A stretch of 64,000 bases of DNA, taken from assembly GCA_951406725.2 (NCBI GenBank), contig OX597830.1:36642001-36706000 (forward strand). Direction: 5' to 3'. The number at the start of each line of letters is the position of its first letter. The first letter of the stretch is position 1. The translations under genes and the position numbers were made by a program. This document shows, one piece after another, positions 39,131-55,190 of this stretch. The notes under the pieces are model-generated. The model saw nothing but the letters and a program-made list of their open reading frames with translations. It had not been told where the DNA came from and did no database searches. Origin of the DNA: Octopus vulgaris (Eukaryota).

Positions 39131-40718
39131 AAATGCATTTTGATTTAACAGTGTGTTTCACAGGATAGAAATACGTAAACAGTAAGGGTTTTGGTCGAGT
39201 AAAAAGGAAGTGGTATAATTAAAAACAACAACCAATAAGAAATAGCCACGGATAGCGTGGATTATAACCTAGGATAATTGGTTCACCTTTACACAACGCT
39301 CCTGGTTTCTCATCATGTCCTCGCTCATTTACCTGCTAACCGTTTACAATCGTATAGTCAGAGTAATCCCGTTTATTCTAGTCAATCTCATCACTCTCAT
39401 TCACCTTTCGTGAAACACACCAGAGGATAGCGCCACTTATTTACATAAAAAAAAAGATAAAAAAAGATACTGGATTACATTGGCAATCACGAATTCGAAA
39501 ACGCAAACCAATTCTCCTGTGTCCAGATCTCGTGGCTAACCAATACTTCGCTCTTACCCGCCTGTTTAAGGAATCCTCGAACCTATCATAAAACGTCTTT
39601 CCTTATAGCCACCGTACAAAGGAAGACTAACAGCCCTTCTTTGCCAAAGGAAGATTGCAGGTTGAGCTTCGCAATAGATTCGGTTGAGAAGCAGTTCCGT
39701 CACACACAGCCGTTCGACAAAAGCCCATACATATCAGCAATGCATATCAGACACTGAATGTGTTTGCACAAGTGTTTTGTCGACTTATGTGCATCTCCAG
39801 CAGTAGAGTTTGTCCAGGTCAAAGACTTTAAAAAGTTCTCATCAATCCCCAGTCTGAAGGTTTTCTGGGATACATTGTTCAGATAGTCCTTCTCGATGCT
39901 CAAACTATCGTCGCTCATACCCTCAAATAACCGTCTTTAGAATGCGCTATTCTTCTGGTAAATGACAAAAAGCAGCAAGCAGCATACGAGATGTTTTAAG
40001 GAAACTAGACTGGAAGATTAGGCCCTTGTGATGTAGTTCACCACTTCTGCCTGACCTTTATACTTGGAAGTCCGGATCGCACCCAACTCCGAGCACATTA
40101 GCCAGATATTTGGTCTTGTTGAAACTAAGGAATGTTGTTTTCTTTTCTCTCCAATCACTTATCGTTAATGATAGCCCTTGACCTATGAAAGGTTCCCATG
40201 CCAGGAAAGACTTGTTAAGCATTTAATGCCCATGTACATACATACATACATACATACATACATACATACATACATACATACATACATACATACATACATA
40301 CATACATAATCACCCATAGTACCCCATGATAAAATTTCTTCTATATTAACATCATAGGTTTTATTAGCGTATTTCCCCCCTAAACTGGTAATTAACATCT
40401 TGATTCGAGGTCTTTTCCTACCCAACTTCCTTTACAGACAGTTACTTTATACTACCTAAAATCTTGACAATATTTATGACCATACCTAGCTATGTGCTGT
40501 CAACTCACTCCTGCCCTCCATTCTAAACAGACACAGTCCTCTAGTCTTAAATTTAGTAGTTGATAAAAATACTAATAAATAAAAATACTAATAAATAATG
40601 AACCACAATCCTTTACAAGCTATGACCCCAACAAGCTTTATGCATTTTTTTGGATGTGTTGTATATTCTTAGCTACAATAGCGACAACATGGATTTTTAT
40701 TTTCTTGCTCTATTAGAG

Positions 40719-40855
40719 TATTTGAGTAAAATTATATTAATGTGTTCGACTAATTAAAATTCTGTTTACTTATTTGTGCATGCATTGTTCAATTAAGGGG
40801 AGTCGCTTGAAACGGTCGTACTGTATTACTTCTTGATAACCTGTTGCTTATTTTG

Positions 40856-40900
<45 letters not shown>

Positions 40901-41054
40901 ATTATATATATATATATATATAATCAAAATAAGCAACAGGTTATCAAGAAGTGATACAGTACGACCGTTTCAAGCGACTCCCTTAATTGAACAATGCATG
41001 CACAAATAAGTAAACATAATTTTAATTAGTCGAACACATTAATATAATTTTACT

Positions 41055-41060
<6 letters not shown>
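40719..41060. repeat. Inverted duplication (about 140-bp arms) centred on (TA)n
   Basis: 40719-40858 versus 40922-41060, few mismatches. Confidence 0.92.
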
Positions 41061-41092
<32 letters not shown>

Positions 41093-41155
41093 GTTTATAT
41101 ATTTGTTGTGCAAGATTTTTTATTGGCTAAACTGGCAAAATGACCATTCCGAAAT

Positions 41156-41220
<65 letters not shown>

Positions 41221-41225
<5 letters not shown>

Positions 41226-42161
41226 TAATCAAGGGTTAAATGCAACAAGTTGCTCAAAACCACATACCGAAAATATTAGAAATAGCAGCCAAAATTGATC
41301 ACTATTTCCTCTACTAGTAAAAAGTCTCCACAAACAAACAGAATTTGTAAGCTGTATATGGCAAAAAAGGCAGAAAGTAACGAAATCCCGGCCTATGGAT
41401 TAATTATAGACGACTCGTTTCTGGATTAGAACCGAAGGTTCATTTCCTTGTCAATATAATATTTCCTATAGATCTAGAAATGCTAGGGGAAAAACTCACC
41501 CGTTACACCAATACGACCAGCGACATCGGACGGTCTAACGGAACTGCTAGCATTCCTACACCTATGCCGACATGAGAATTCATATTTCCCTCCAAAATTT
41601 ACCACGTGAGCTACAAAAACATTACCAACGAAACGAAAAATTCGTAGATAACTTGTAAGGGAGCAAAAGTATTCAATATGCAATAAAGGGTGGAATATAA
41701 TTAATTTAATAAAATTAATCAATTTCACCTAGTAGATTTATCGGTATGGAAAAGACCATATTTGGTAAGGGTTATAATAATTATAATTAAGGGTTAAATG
41801 CAACAAGTTGCTCAAAATCACAGGAAATATTATATTGACAAGGAAATGAACCTTCGGTTCTAATCCAGAAACGAGTCGTCTATAATTAATCCATAGGCTG
41901 AGATTTCGTTATTTTCTGCCTTTTTTGCCATATACAGCTTACAAATTCTGTTTGTTTGTGGAGACTTTTTACTAGTAGAGGAATAGTGATCAATTTTGGC
42001 TGCTATTTCTAATATTTTCGGTATGTGGTTTTGAGCAACTTGTTGCATTTAACCCCTAATTATAATTATTATAACCCTTACCAAATATGGTCTTTTCCAT
42101 ACCGATAAATCTACTAGGTGAAATTGATTGATTTTATTAAATTAATTATATTCCACCCTTT

Positions 42162-42165
<4 letters not shown>
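41221..42165. repeat. Direct plus inverted duplication block flanked by (TA)n
   Basis: 41221-41467 is inverted at 41823-42066. 41681-41822 is inverted at about 42025-42165. 41781-41822 directly repeats 41221-41262. Confidence 0.9.
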
Positions 42166-42212
<47 letters not shown>

Positions 42213-42226
42213 CAGGTGGAAAACAA

Positions 42227-42335
<109 letters not shown>

Positions 42336-42854
42336 ACAAAAGAAAGAAAGAAGGAAAGGAAGAAAGAAAATCCATAACGAAGTGAAGTGTGATGTTTTTT
42401 TTGCGAAATGTGTTAATGATCAGTGAACTTGACCCCCCAACTATATTTCGAATAAGAGAAAAAAAAAACATTCAATCTTACAAGAGAATTAAACAAACGC
42501 TTTCAGGTTAAACAAATTTATCATTTTTTTTGGGGGGGAAATAGTTGAAGAAACGTATTCGTTTTTATGTATCAATGTTTATGCTCGTATAGACACTCAC
42601 ATATGCGGTACGGCACGTATTGGTGTATTATTAATTCCGTATTCGATTCAATGAGCAAATAGATGTCTGTAGAAAAAAAGTAATGCGTGCAAATATTAAA
42701 AGATAAAAAAAGAATGAAAGTAAAAGTTCGCGATGTGAAATAAATTATTTTGCCACGTGGAAGAGGGAAAAAAAAATTTAATGCTTCGATCAGAGACACT
42801 TTCGAGAGAAGAGATGAAAATGCTTCCCACTAATGCTAAATAAATAGATTGTAC

Positions 42855-42932
<78 letters not shown>

Positions 42933-42998
42933 ATGTATATATGTATGTGTGTAAACACGTATGTAAGTATTTATATTATATATATATATATGTGTGTG

Positions 42999-43042
<44 letters not shown>

Positions 43043-43050
43043 ATATATAT

Positions 43051-43093
<43 letters not shown>

Positions 43094-43129
43094 GTAAGTG
43101 TCGAACAATGAGGAGTGCTCTTCACCGTA

Positions 43130-43800
43130 TTGGTGGATGAAGGTTCTTTATTTGTGCATTAAGGCTACCATTGGTTTCAAGATAAGAAAATATCTTAACA
43201 ATTTTTCATCCCGATCACAAAGAGAAATTGGTGTTTGTCTCTCTCTATATAAAAGCGAGAGCAGATCATAAGCTAAAAAAAAAAATACAGGCCCATAATG
43301 CGGCGAGCTGGCAGAAACGTTAGCACGCTGGGCGAAATTTAGTGGTATTTCGTCTGCCTTTACGTTCTGAGTTCAAATTCCACCGAGGTCGACTTTGACT
43401 TTCAACCTTTCGGAGTCGATAAATTAAGTACCAGATGCGTACGGGGGTCGATCTCATCGACTGGTCCCCTCCCCCCAAAATTTCGGGCCTTGTGCCTAGC
43501 TTAAAAAAAAAAATACAGGCCCATGGCCTATCTCTCTGACGCTACATATCAGTAAAGTCATGGAACGAATCGTCAAAAGAAAACGCTCGTAGATGAAGAT
43601 GACACTCAGCATGGTTCCCATCCAGGACGAATCTGTCTGAGTTTTGAAGCAGTTGCTCAACCATTCAAATGTCGATGTGATATATCTTGGTTTCTAAAAT
43701 GCCTTTAACAAAGTGGATCATAACATATTTTACACGCTACGAGATCTCGACATAGCTCATAAACTAGGAGAGTGGTTACATTATTTTTTAAAAGGCTCCA
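43130..43800 (+). mobile_element. CR1-like LINE RT fragment with inserted family B SINE
   Basis: YRP..LTLHISKVMERIVKR...QHG...VDVIYL...FNKVDH. The SINE is flanked by a TSD of about 22 bp (aaaaaaaaaaatacaggcccat). Confidence 0.8.
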
Positions 43801-43814
43801 ACTCCCAAATGTAC

Positions 43815-44110
43815 CAAAAAGGAAGGGGAGGAAGGACTTTCTGGAAAAGCCCAAGGAGGGGATGGGCAACTTCCTGGAAAGTTCAGAGGAAGGTAGTAAG
43901 GATTTCCTGGACAAGTCCATGGAGAGGGGATAAGCAACTTCCTGGAAAGTCCTGAGCATGGGAAGGATGAGGAGGAAGAACCTCCTGGAAAAAATCATAG
44001 GAGGGGAATGGGCAATTTCCTGGAAAGATCCGAGAGGAGGAGGAAGAAATTCCTGGAAAAATCCAAGGGGTGGGATTGGCAACTTCCTGGAAAGTTTTGA
44101 GGAGGGGAAG
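43815..44110 (+). repeat. TTCCTGGAAA minisatellite block
   Basis: Period about 30 nt, about 8 units. Confidence 0.85.
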
Positions 44111-44265
44111 TCAGGCAGTTGCGACCAATAGTCGACAGAATTCGAACTAAGAACGTAAGGATGGACGAAACGCCTCTAAGCATTTTGCTCTATGTGCTAA
44201 CGATTCTACCAGCTCACCGCCCAAATAAACGTCAGCATATTTGTGTGTGCGATTGCGTGTGTGCG

Positions 44266-44308
<43 letters not shown>

Positions 44309-44626
44309 GTATATATATATAGGAACGTCGCTATTTGTGTGGTTTTAGTTAGTGTTTCGTTAAGCGCATTTGTGGTAGGACTGAACATATTGGCGTGTAA
44401 ATATGTAGCTAATCTTGTATGTAGATTTCTTATGCATCTACAGAAATTTGGATCTGCAAAGAGCAGAGCCGGCAAAAAATGGTTTAACGAACGTTCCAAT
44501 TACGGTAAGCAAATTCACTACAAACGTGCTCATTAAGGCGAAGCATCAACTTTTGTCAACAACTAAAAAATGACATTGCAGGCATACTGTCGCCACACAT
44601 GCAGCTATATGTTTGTGCGTGTGTTA

Positions 44627-44703
<77 letters not shown>

Positions 44704-44959
44704 TCGATGTATGTATATGCATATAACAAATGTATGTATGTATGTATATATATATGTATACATATGTATATATATGTATACATATATATATATGATATAA
44801 ATATATACATGCTTATATACATACGTGTATGTACATACATCTATACGTATATATAAATGCATATATGGGAACAGGACGTCATGAAACGTGTACAACAAAA
44901 AATACGAAGTACGACTACATGGAATATGAACTATTTGTCTTGTTTTCCATTTGTGTCAT

Positions 44960-46140
44960 TCCAAGGAAGGAATGTCAAGTTCTTGGAAAGTTCCGAGGAG
45001 AGGGAGGAAGCGGAGGAGAGGAGGAAGGACTTCTTGGAAAAGTGCTTGATGGGCAAGTTCCTGGAAAGTTCCGAGGAGGGGAGGAATGGGGAGGAAGTAC
45101 TTCCCGGAAAATTCCAAGGAGGGGTATGTATGGGCAACTTCCTGGAACCTTCTGAGGAGGGGAGGAAAGGGAGAAGAGGAGTAAGGACTTCCTGGAAAAC
45201 TGCAAGGAGAGGATAGGCAACTTCCTGGAAAGTTTCGAAGAGGGGAGGAAATACTTCCTGGAAAAGTCCAAGAAGGAGATGGGCAACTTCCCGAAAAGTT
45301 CCGAGGAGGAGAGGATGTACTTCCTGGAAAATCAAAGGAGAGGTATGGGAAACTTCCTGGAACCTTCTGAGAAGGGGAACGAGCGGGCGGAAGCACTTCC
45401 TAGAAAAATCCAAGGTGTGGTGTGGGCAACTTCTTGGATAGTTCCAGAAAGTCTTTCCTCCTCTCATCCACTTCCTTCTCTCCCTCCATCTCCTCGGTAC
45501 TGTCCGGGAAGTTGCCCATCCCTCTCCTTGGACGTTTCAAGGAAGTCATTCCTTACCCCTCCTCTTCCTCGGAACTTTCCAAGAGGTTATCCCCTCCTTG
45601 GGCTTTTTCCAGGAAGATCTACCATCCTCTCCTCCCTTTCCTGTCACATCCTGGAACGTTCCAGTAAGTTGCACCCCCCTCCTTGAAAGTTCCGGAAGTT
45701 CCGAGGAGGGGAAGGAAGGTGAGGAAGGACCTCCTGGAAAATTCCAGTGAGGGGAATGGGCAACTTCCTGGAAAGTTCCAAGGAGGAGGAAGGACTTCCA
45801 GGGATAGTCCAAGGATGGGGATAGGCCACTTACTGGAAAGATCCGAGGTGTGGGAGGAATGGATAGAAGGTCAGAAATTCCCCGAAATGTCCAAGGTGGA
45901 GGATGGGTTTATTCCTGAAAAGTTCCGAGAAAGGTGAGGAGGGATTGGAGGGGAGGCAGAGAGGAAGGACATCATGGAGAAGTCCAAGTAGATGGGATGG
46001 TCTACCTCCTGGAAAGTTTCGAGGAGGGTGAGCTGAGGGAGTGAAGGAGTGGAAAAGGAGGAAGGACTTTCTGGAAAAGTCTGAGGAGTGTGACTTCCCG
46101 GAGTTGAGGGGGAGCAAGTTGACGAAGGGGTGGAAGGATT
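44960..46140. repeat. TTCCTGGAAA minisatellite, long block with an inverted internal segment
   Basis: Alternating gggcaacttcctggaaagttcc / ggacttcctggaaaagtcc units. Orientation flipped at about 45440-45690. Confidence 0.9.
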
Positions 46141-46606
46141 TGATTAGTTATCTTTTCTAGCATTTTTTGTGTCTACAAACCATTTTCTGGAATACTTTTC
46201 TATGTACGTTAACTTCTATGAAAATATTTTTATTCTCCACACCAAAATAATAATACAGAAAGAAAACAATATCAACGAGAAAGAATAAATAAAAACAAAA
46301 TATTAAAAAAATGAAACAAAGTTGATGTCATCTTTTATTATTATTATTGTTATTATTATTATTATCATCATCATCGTCGTCCTCATCGCCGCCGTTGTTG
46401 TTATTGTTGTTGATGCTCTTGTTGGTATTGCTGTTGGTATTGTTGTTGTTACATAAGAGCAGAATTAAAAGCATAACCTGCTAATTGGCAAGAATCCATT
46501 TGTTTTGTCTTATCTTTGTCATCGGAGACGATAATGTAATTACCTATTTCAGTATGTTTCTGAGCGATTTTCTTTAACGAGATGTCGTTTTTGTTGTTGT
46601 TGTTGT

Positions 46607-46682
<76 letters not shown>

Positions 46683-47382
46683 CATCATTATTATCTTTTT
46701 TTTTCTTTACTTATAAACGAGATTGTTTTCGACAACTTTTCTTTTAACGAGAAGATATTGATGTCCAGGCATGACTAGACCTGACTAGATGAGATTAGGC
46801 CAATTGGCAAATAGTATTTTGCTGGTCACGAGATTTGGACCCAGGAGAAATGGTATATATTCGATTTCGATTTCGTGATTGCCAACGCGTAATCCAGGAT
46901 CTTTTGATGTTGTTTGGTCTTTTAATGTAAGTTTTGTTTCTTTTAAATCGTTGTCTTTCGTAACGAACAAAGTAGCTTCTTTGATAATGTGATCATTGAA
47001 ATGCTTCAGTTTTAGCAAATGGTTTGAAAGAGGGATTCTCTTGGCAGTCTATTTAGATTGGAACACTTTCCAGAATTGAAAATCCCCATTCGAGTTGTTT
47101 TAAACTGTTAGCAGTAATAGTCATATATTCCTCAAATCCTTATCCACTGTCTTATGCAAGGCGAGAAAGACTCTAGATAATGTACCCCTGATGAGACGGT
47201 ATGGTCATGGTTTAGAGTGCTTTTGGTCAAAGATTTGCTCGATTAGCGTTGACCTGGGGCTAAACAGCAACAACAACAAAAACTACAACTGTAGCAGAGA
47301 CACTATTAACAAATATAATTCAGAAAGTTGTGTCTATAACCACGACAGAAGTCGTTATGACATATATACCAACACACACACA

Positions 47383-47418
<36 letters not shown>

Positions 47419-47591
47419 CCAATATATATGTATATATTTATATATTATAGATAATAAATAATATATATATACACACTGCATATATGGGTACAGGACGTCA
47501 CCAACGGTGCAAATAACATGGAATACGTAAACAAACGAGAAAAATAGAAAGCAGGCTGTCTATCTACTCCTCATTTCGAGCATTCAACGAC

Positions 47592-47662
<71 letters not shown>

Positions 47663-48011
47663 TGTATATATATATAAACTACATAGAAAACTAATATATG
47701 ACATCAATTGTAAATATTATATATTTTCTATGTGCTAAGGTGGCGAATTGGCAGAGTGGTTAGAGTGAAAGATAGAATGCCTTGCAATACATATTTGTAC
47801 GTTTTGAGTTCCAATCCCGGTGAGGTCAACTTTGCATTATATTATTTCGGTTTCGATAAATAAAATACTAGTTCAGAAAAGTGGCTTAGTAGAATTGTTT
47901 GAGCGTCAAACAAGATGTTTGAGTTCAATATCGGTCTCATATTACCGGAACTTTAGGAAAAGTAAATGGATCCTTCGGCTCTCACTACTAGCAAATATAC
48001 TTCCGTTTTCT

Positions 48012-48069
48012 GATAGCGTGACGTTTCGGTTGCAGTAATATCTCGATCGTATCATCATCAAAAGCTATC
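48012..48069 (-). ncRNA. Degenerate minimal hammerhead motif
   Basis: gatagc..TTGATGA...GAAAcgTC-ac-gctatc. Confidence 0.5.
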
Positions 48070-48387
48070 TGAGGCAGGACTGAAGTGAAATAAACTGCTA
48101 GGAGAGGAAAAGGAAAGCATATTATTATAAGTTAGTCGGAGAATAGGGGTCAGAACCCATGACATTTACAGATATGTTCGAACTGGGGTAATCAATATGG
48201 TTGAAGTTTATTTTTAACATCTGTAGATCAATACTTGCAGCAAAAAGGTCGAGTAGTGGTTTAACAAACGTTGGGTGTTAATAAAAGATTTGTTATATAG
48301 CAGGGATGTCGAGAAAAAAATATTGGATTTGGATGCGTTGGTGGCATGTAACTAGTTTTTAGGGAAATACAAACTATTGTAGCAGAT

Positions 48388-48461
<74 letters not shown>

Positions 48462-48934
48462 GACAGAGCGAGAGAGTGGGGCTGTGAAATAAGAGTTTTA
48501 GCTCAATTGCTAAATGTTATTAGTCGCTGCCAATTAGTTTGATGAGCTTTTGGATACGGTCTAAGATAATTAGCAACGCTCAGCATCATGTAAGTCATCA
48601 GAGATGGTAGGGCCAAGTAAATGCGACTTTGAGAATTTGACGTGTGTGTTTTAATGACTCGATAAAATAAGGTAGAACATAACGACTACGTGAATATTAA
48701 TTATAAAAGCACTCCAACATACATTTTTGATCGTTATGACACACAGAGTTAGTATCATTTATTTCGCTTTTAAAATTTTGGCGAGACAATATAGCAGATT
48801 TCGTCAACTAGAACCTGTGGCCAGTTCTATTTTAGGTACTCATAAATTGATTGGTGTTAGAGTATTTAATTACTTGTTTTTATTGCTGGGTCTGAAACCA
48901 TAGTCTTAGTGGACCTTCCTTAGTCAGTGACATT

Positions 48935-49190
48935 CATTCCGTTAATGTTCCTCTCGAACATTTGCAAGTCAGCAACTGCGGGAAAGACATGAGTAAAGAC
49001 GGAACTCAAGAGAGATGTTGTTTGGAAGGAAGAGACTGAGCGTAGTGATTAGAGCAGGAACTGGGGGAAGCGGGGTTAGACGCTACAAAGTTGATAACAG
49101 GAGAGACGAGTGACATACAAACGGTTGAGTAGAGATGGCATGAGTCAAGCAAGTTCCAAGGAAATGAGGCCATTATAGCAGGGAAAAGAA
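48935..49190 (-). mobile_element. CR1/L2-like LINE 3' remnant
   Basis: ...HVFPAVADLQMFERNIN resembles the VFP...LQ.FK.N.N terminus. Confidence 0.5.
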
Positions 49191-49208
49191 AGGTAGAGAG
49201 AGAGAGAT

Positions 49209-49241
<33 letters not shown>

Positions 49242-51628
49242 AAGCGAGGGAGAGTGAGCGAGAGAGAGAGAGAGGAATCCGTGTTTATTTAACTTAGTAA
49301 ATCAAAAGAAAAGTGTTCACAAAGCGAATTGCATAAATAGGGATTTGAAGCAGTGGAAACACATCTAGGGGAAACTTTTATAGGGAGAAAGAAAGGGACA
49401 GAGAGAGAGAGAGAGGGAGAGAGAGAGAGAGAGAGAGAGGGAGGCAGGAAAGTGTGTGTATTTGTGAGTGTGGGTATGTGTGTGTTCAAAGGAAACTCTG
49501 AAAGAATGTTTCTGCAAGATACATACATTATTGCGTTCAAATTTTGGCACCAGGGGAGGGGACAAATCGATTAGATTGACTTCAGTCTTCAAATGGTACT
49601 TAGCTTATCGAGCCCGAAAGGATGAAAGGCAAAGCCGACTTTGGTGGGATTTGGACACAAGATACATAAATTATTGATATAACTATTCATAACACTGTTT
49701 CATTGTTTCTTTGGAATCTCTTGTGGTGTACAGTTACGAAATGGTGTTGTTAGACTTCGTCTGTTAATCCTATACTTGGCTTTTCTAGGATCGTACTTTA
49801 GGTATTGTTTCTCTTTACATAACGTCTTTTGGAGTCGGCTACTGAAATCTCTTCAGAGACGAAGATCCATTTCCGATTAGTGGAACGTACGGAATTATCG
49901 AAAATCACTTTCGGCCTCTTATATTATTTGACAACTCTAAATATTAATTATATTGCGAATCTAGACAATAATTGAGCGAACGAAGTGTCTTTCAAGCGTT
50001 GGTTTACAGGTATTTCTAGCAATTCAAGAGACTCCACAGAGGCGAGACCTGTCACCATAGGTTGGTACCAACTTAAATTGGAGGGAGATGGACATAGTCT
50101 ACTCGACTCACTACGGAATATTATTGATAATTAAGGAAATAACTAAAGCGGTCTCTACGCGATCACTTGACTTACTAAGAATAACAACCAAATTCTCTCA
50201 AACAACATTGTACTTACAAAGTGGTGCTGAAAAGTTCCTGGCTTTGGGTAAAAGAAAATATAAAAAGATCAGCTCGTTATGATTTTATTCAACATATTCC
50301 TCTCTAAGGTTCACACACTTATTGTAGTGGTCCTTCAGATTTTCTAAGCCCTTTAAACCAGGAATTTCTAAGTACCTCCCCACGTATTGCTTTAAAGAAA
50401 GGACACGTTAGATAGTCTTGAGTTCTCTGCACATAGGAAAAAGATGAGTTGGCCACGTCTGGATTGTGACCGATTACTGACTGTACTGAATATCAGATGA
50501 TTGGATATAAAACCCATAAACAGAAGATGATGAAACCTAGAAACCTCTCAGCTGCTTACAGTTGTCTATTTTATAGTTAGCTAGAGTACACCCATTGGAA
50601 TTACATTTCTTTATTATAGATAGCACGGCAATAGTGATAATGAAATGATACGGCCAATGGTTGGAACTTTCGGTTGTTTGGTTGCGCCAGTTGACTATTT
50701 TATTCGACCAATTATGTAGCCATGTCGAGAATATCTTATTTTATAGGTCATGTGGCTAACATAGGAAGAAAAAAAAATCGATACAGAGTATGTCTGTAAC
50801 GGATTTTATGTCTGACATTTCTTGTACATGTTTTGAACTAATCAAGTAACATTTCCACTCCGTTTTCAGTTGTCAATTTTATGTCTTTGACAAGGTCCAA
50901 CATCAATTTAACGTAAAGCAATAAAGCGGTGGAATAGCAGAAATGGGAGATCGCTGGATCAAATGCCTCGTAGTATTTAGTTTCGTTGCTGTTACATTAA
51001 AAAAAAACGGAACGAAACCCAGCCAGTGTCAGTTTTAAACTTAATCTAACTATTTTCGATACAATAAATAGTTGTTATAGGCTGGTGATTGTTTTAATCT
51101 ATTGGACACGTTGCACAAACTTATTACTGTTATTTAGCCCCCAGTAAAGACTAATGGTCGAACAGACATTCCAACCAAAATTACCCAGTCATTTTTGGCA
51201 TAGTTGTATTTATTGAAGTATTATCCAAAAATACCTAATTTTTTAAAGAGGGGAAAGTGTGATATAAGAAATATTTTACAACTATTTTTAATAAGTCGGG
51301 TGACTACGCTGGGTTGGCTGGTACCAACCATCAGCGTAGTCAACCGGTACCTTTTCTAAAAGGGTTTTACATATGATTTATCGAATCCACAACGCAATAT
51401 TACTGGTAATCATCAAGCAAATGTGGATGCCTCTACGCAGTTACTTGATTGCTTGGATTAGCAGTCAAATTCCTTCAGAATATTTCCTACCGTACTGAAA
51501 AAGAATACGTTAGATAATGCGTTCCTGGGTTTCTTTCAATTACGAAGAAGACAGGATGGTCACAGCTTGAATGCTTTTGATTTCAAATCAGGTCGATTAC
51601 GGTTGACCCGGAGCCAAACAACAACAAT

Positions 51629-51663
<35 letters not shown>

Positions 51664-52268
51664 CGACGACGACAACAACAACAACAACAACAGCAACAAC
51701 AACAACAACAACAGCAACAAGTACAGCGGCGGCAGCAGCAATAGCAAAATAGGTAGAATATTGAGATTGAATGGTCAGGTTTAGGATGCCTTTGATTATA
51801 ATCTGCCTGAGCAGGTCTAAACTGGAAAAACAACAACAACAACTGCAGCAACAGCAACAACAACAACAACCACAACAGCAATAATAACAGTAATACCAAC
51901 AGCCACAGCAGCAGCGTTTCCATAAAAAATGGAACTTCAATTCAAGCTGGTCGGATTTTTAACTTCGAATTTCTAATTGCTGTAAGACAATTTTATCCGT
52001 TGCTATACGTAGGAAATACATGTCTTCTTCAAGAACCATGAGCCAACAAGGCAGCCTTTATATTACCACTCTAAAAATAACTAACAAATAACCCTCAAAC
52101 CACACTTTACCATCTTAAAAAAATAGGTAGAGTACACTGAGTGAGACCTTGTACTTGAGCGGAACTTCATTTATCGACGTCACCTCCCGAAAGGATAAAA
52201 AGCAAGGTGAAGCTGAACTCGGCATGAGATGAACTGAGACACAAATAGCACTAACAAATACCACTAGC

Positions 52269-53390
<1,122 letters not shown>

Positions 53391-53860
53391 GAGGTGAGTG
53401 TGTTTGTGTGTGTGAGGGGTAGCTCGATTTGTTTGACTAAACCCTTCGAGGTAGTACTCCAGCATGGACACAGACCAGTGAATGAAACAAATTAAAGATA
53501 AAGATGATATCCAGGAAATGAACTCACAGAAGCACCGTCTAGAAAACACGAGCGGTTGTTTCACTGTTTTTTTTCCTCTTAATCGATTAACATCTAACCT
53601 CTATTATACAGAGAATTCTTTATAACATTATTTCACTTTTAAGTAGGAGTGTTATATTCTAAATCTCTCCTCCCCGCTATAATTAAATGTCTGAGAAAAA
53701 AATACAATATTTTCTTTTATGAGAAGAAAGAACATCGTAAATCTTCGAGTAAAGAAATATATATTTGTATTCTAATACAAAAACGGAGACGTATTTAACT
53801 CAACACTGCAGGGTGTCAATACTTTCATGAATAACTAAAGCAGTGTCTCAATAGTAAAAC

Positions 53861-54034
53861 CAGTGACGTAGCTAGAGAGTGGTGTCGGTAGTGATGAAAC
53901 GATGAGCGGTCGCGGTCAGCCCCCGGGCAACCCTCTTATGGGGGTAGCACATTTTGGCTTACTGTATAAGCTTGTGTTGGGAGCGGTAAACCCAAAGGTT
54001 GCCCTGGGCAGCTCACATTCTAGCTACGCCACTG
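53861..54034. mobile_element. hAT MITE
   Basis: TIR cagtgacgtagctag / ctagctacgccactg. TSD agtaaaac / agtaagat (6 of 8 match). Confidence 0.85.
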
Positions 54035-55190
54035 AGTAAGATATCCCGCCAGAGACCTTGTTTCGATACCTCGTAGAGGCCAGTTCACTTCAAATACGTC
54101 GAAAATGGTTTCTTAGCGAAAAGCATGAACGTTAGCCAACCACATTCGTGCCTTTTAACGCTTTGCCTGTCCTGTGTATCACATGTGGTTCATAGGTCAA
54201 GCGACTTGTGTATTTCTCTGGTGTCCATGCATTATATACGATACACGTGGAGGCGCAATAGCCCAGTGGTTAGGGCAGCGGACTCGCGGTCATAGGATCG
54301 CGGTTTCAATTCCCAGACCGGGCGTTGTGAGTGTTTATTGAGCGAAAACACCTAAAAGCTCCACGAGGCTCCGGCAGGAGATGGTGGTGATCCCTGCTGT
54401 ACTCTTTCACCACAACTTTCTCTCACTCTTACTTCCTGTTTCTGTTGTACCTGTATTTCAAAGGGCCGGCCTTGTCACTTTCTGTGTCACGCTGAATATC
54501 CCCGAGAACTACGTTAAGGGTACATGTGTCTGTGGAGTGCTCAGCCACTTACACGTTAATTTCACGAGCAGGCTGTTCCGTTGATTCGGATCAACCGGAA
54601 CCCTCGTCGTTGTAACGGACGGAGTGCTTCCATACGATACACATTCCTAATTTTTTTGAACCATAAGAGTGACTTGCGACTTATGGAAGGAAAGCTTTAT
54701 ATTGCGCAGAACGTATCAAACAAGGGCTAACTAAAAGTTTGAAAAGAAGCATGGACGTTTAGAACAAACTTGGGCAGGCAAAGGGCTAAAAGAAAAGTGC
54801 GTAGGTTTAAGTGGAATCCAGAAATCAACTATACGATGATGCTGTTGCTTGCAATTTCAAAACAAATACTGCAACAAGCGCTAACACATTTAATGTGATG
54901 AGCACAATAACTTTCATTAATCAAGACAGATGATATATTGAGCTGAGGCAAACATTGTTGAACAATGTTTAAATCAACAACTCAAAAATGGGGAAAATAT
55001 CATCCAAAAGGTATTTGAAATGGGTTCGTGCACAACGAACTAATTAGTCTCAACTAATTAGAAAAAAAGATAAAGGAAATAAGGCACGTGGTGAGGGGAA
55101 TGGATAGTTCGATCTCTAGCGGATACAGTGACTTCTGTGAACGTCTTTAAATCTTTTTGCACAGCTCACTAGAGTTCAGCCATTCACATA

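Noticed and set aside
44960-46140. CRISPR-like array or protein-coding repeat
   Set aside because: The spacers are related G-rich sequences, not unique. The context is eukaryotic with no cas genes, and ORFs appear in all frames only because stop codons are scarce.
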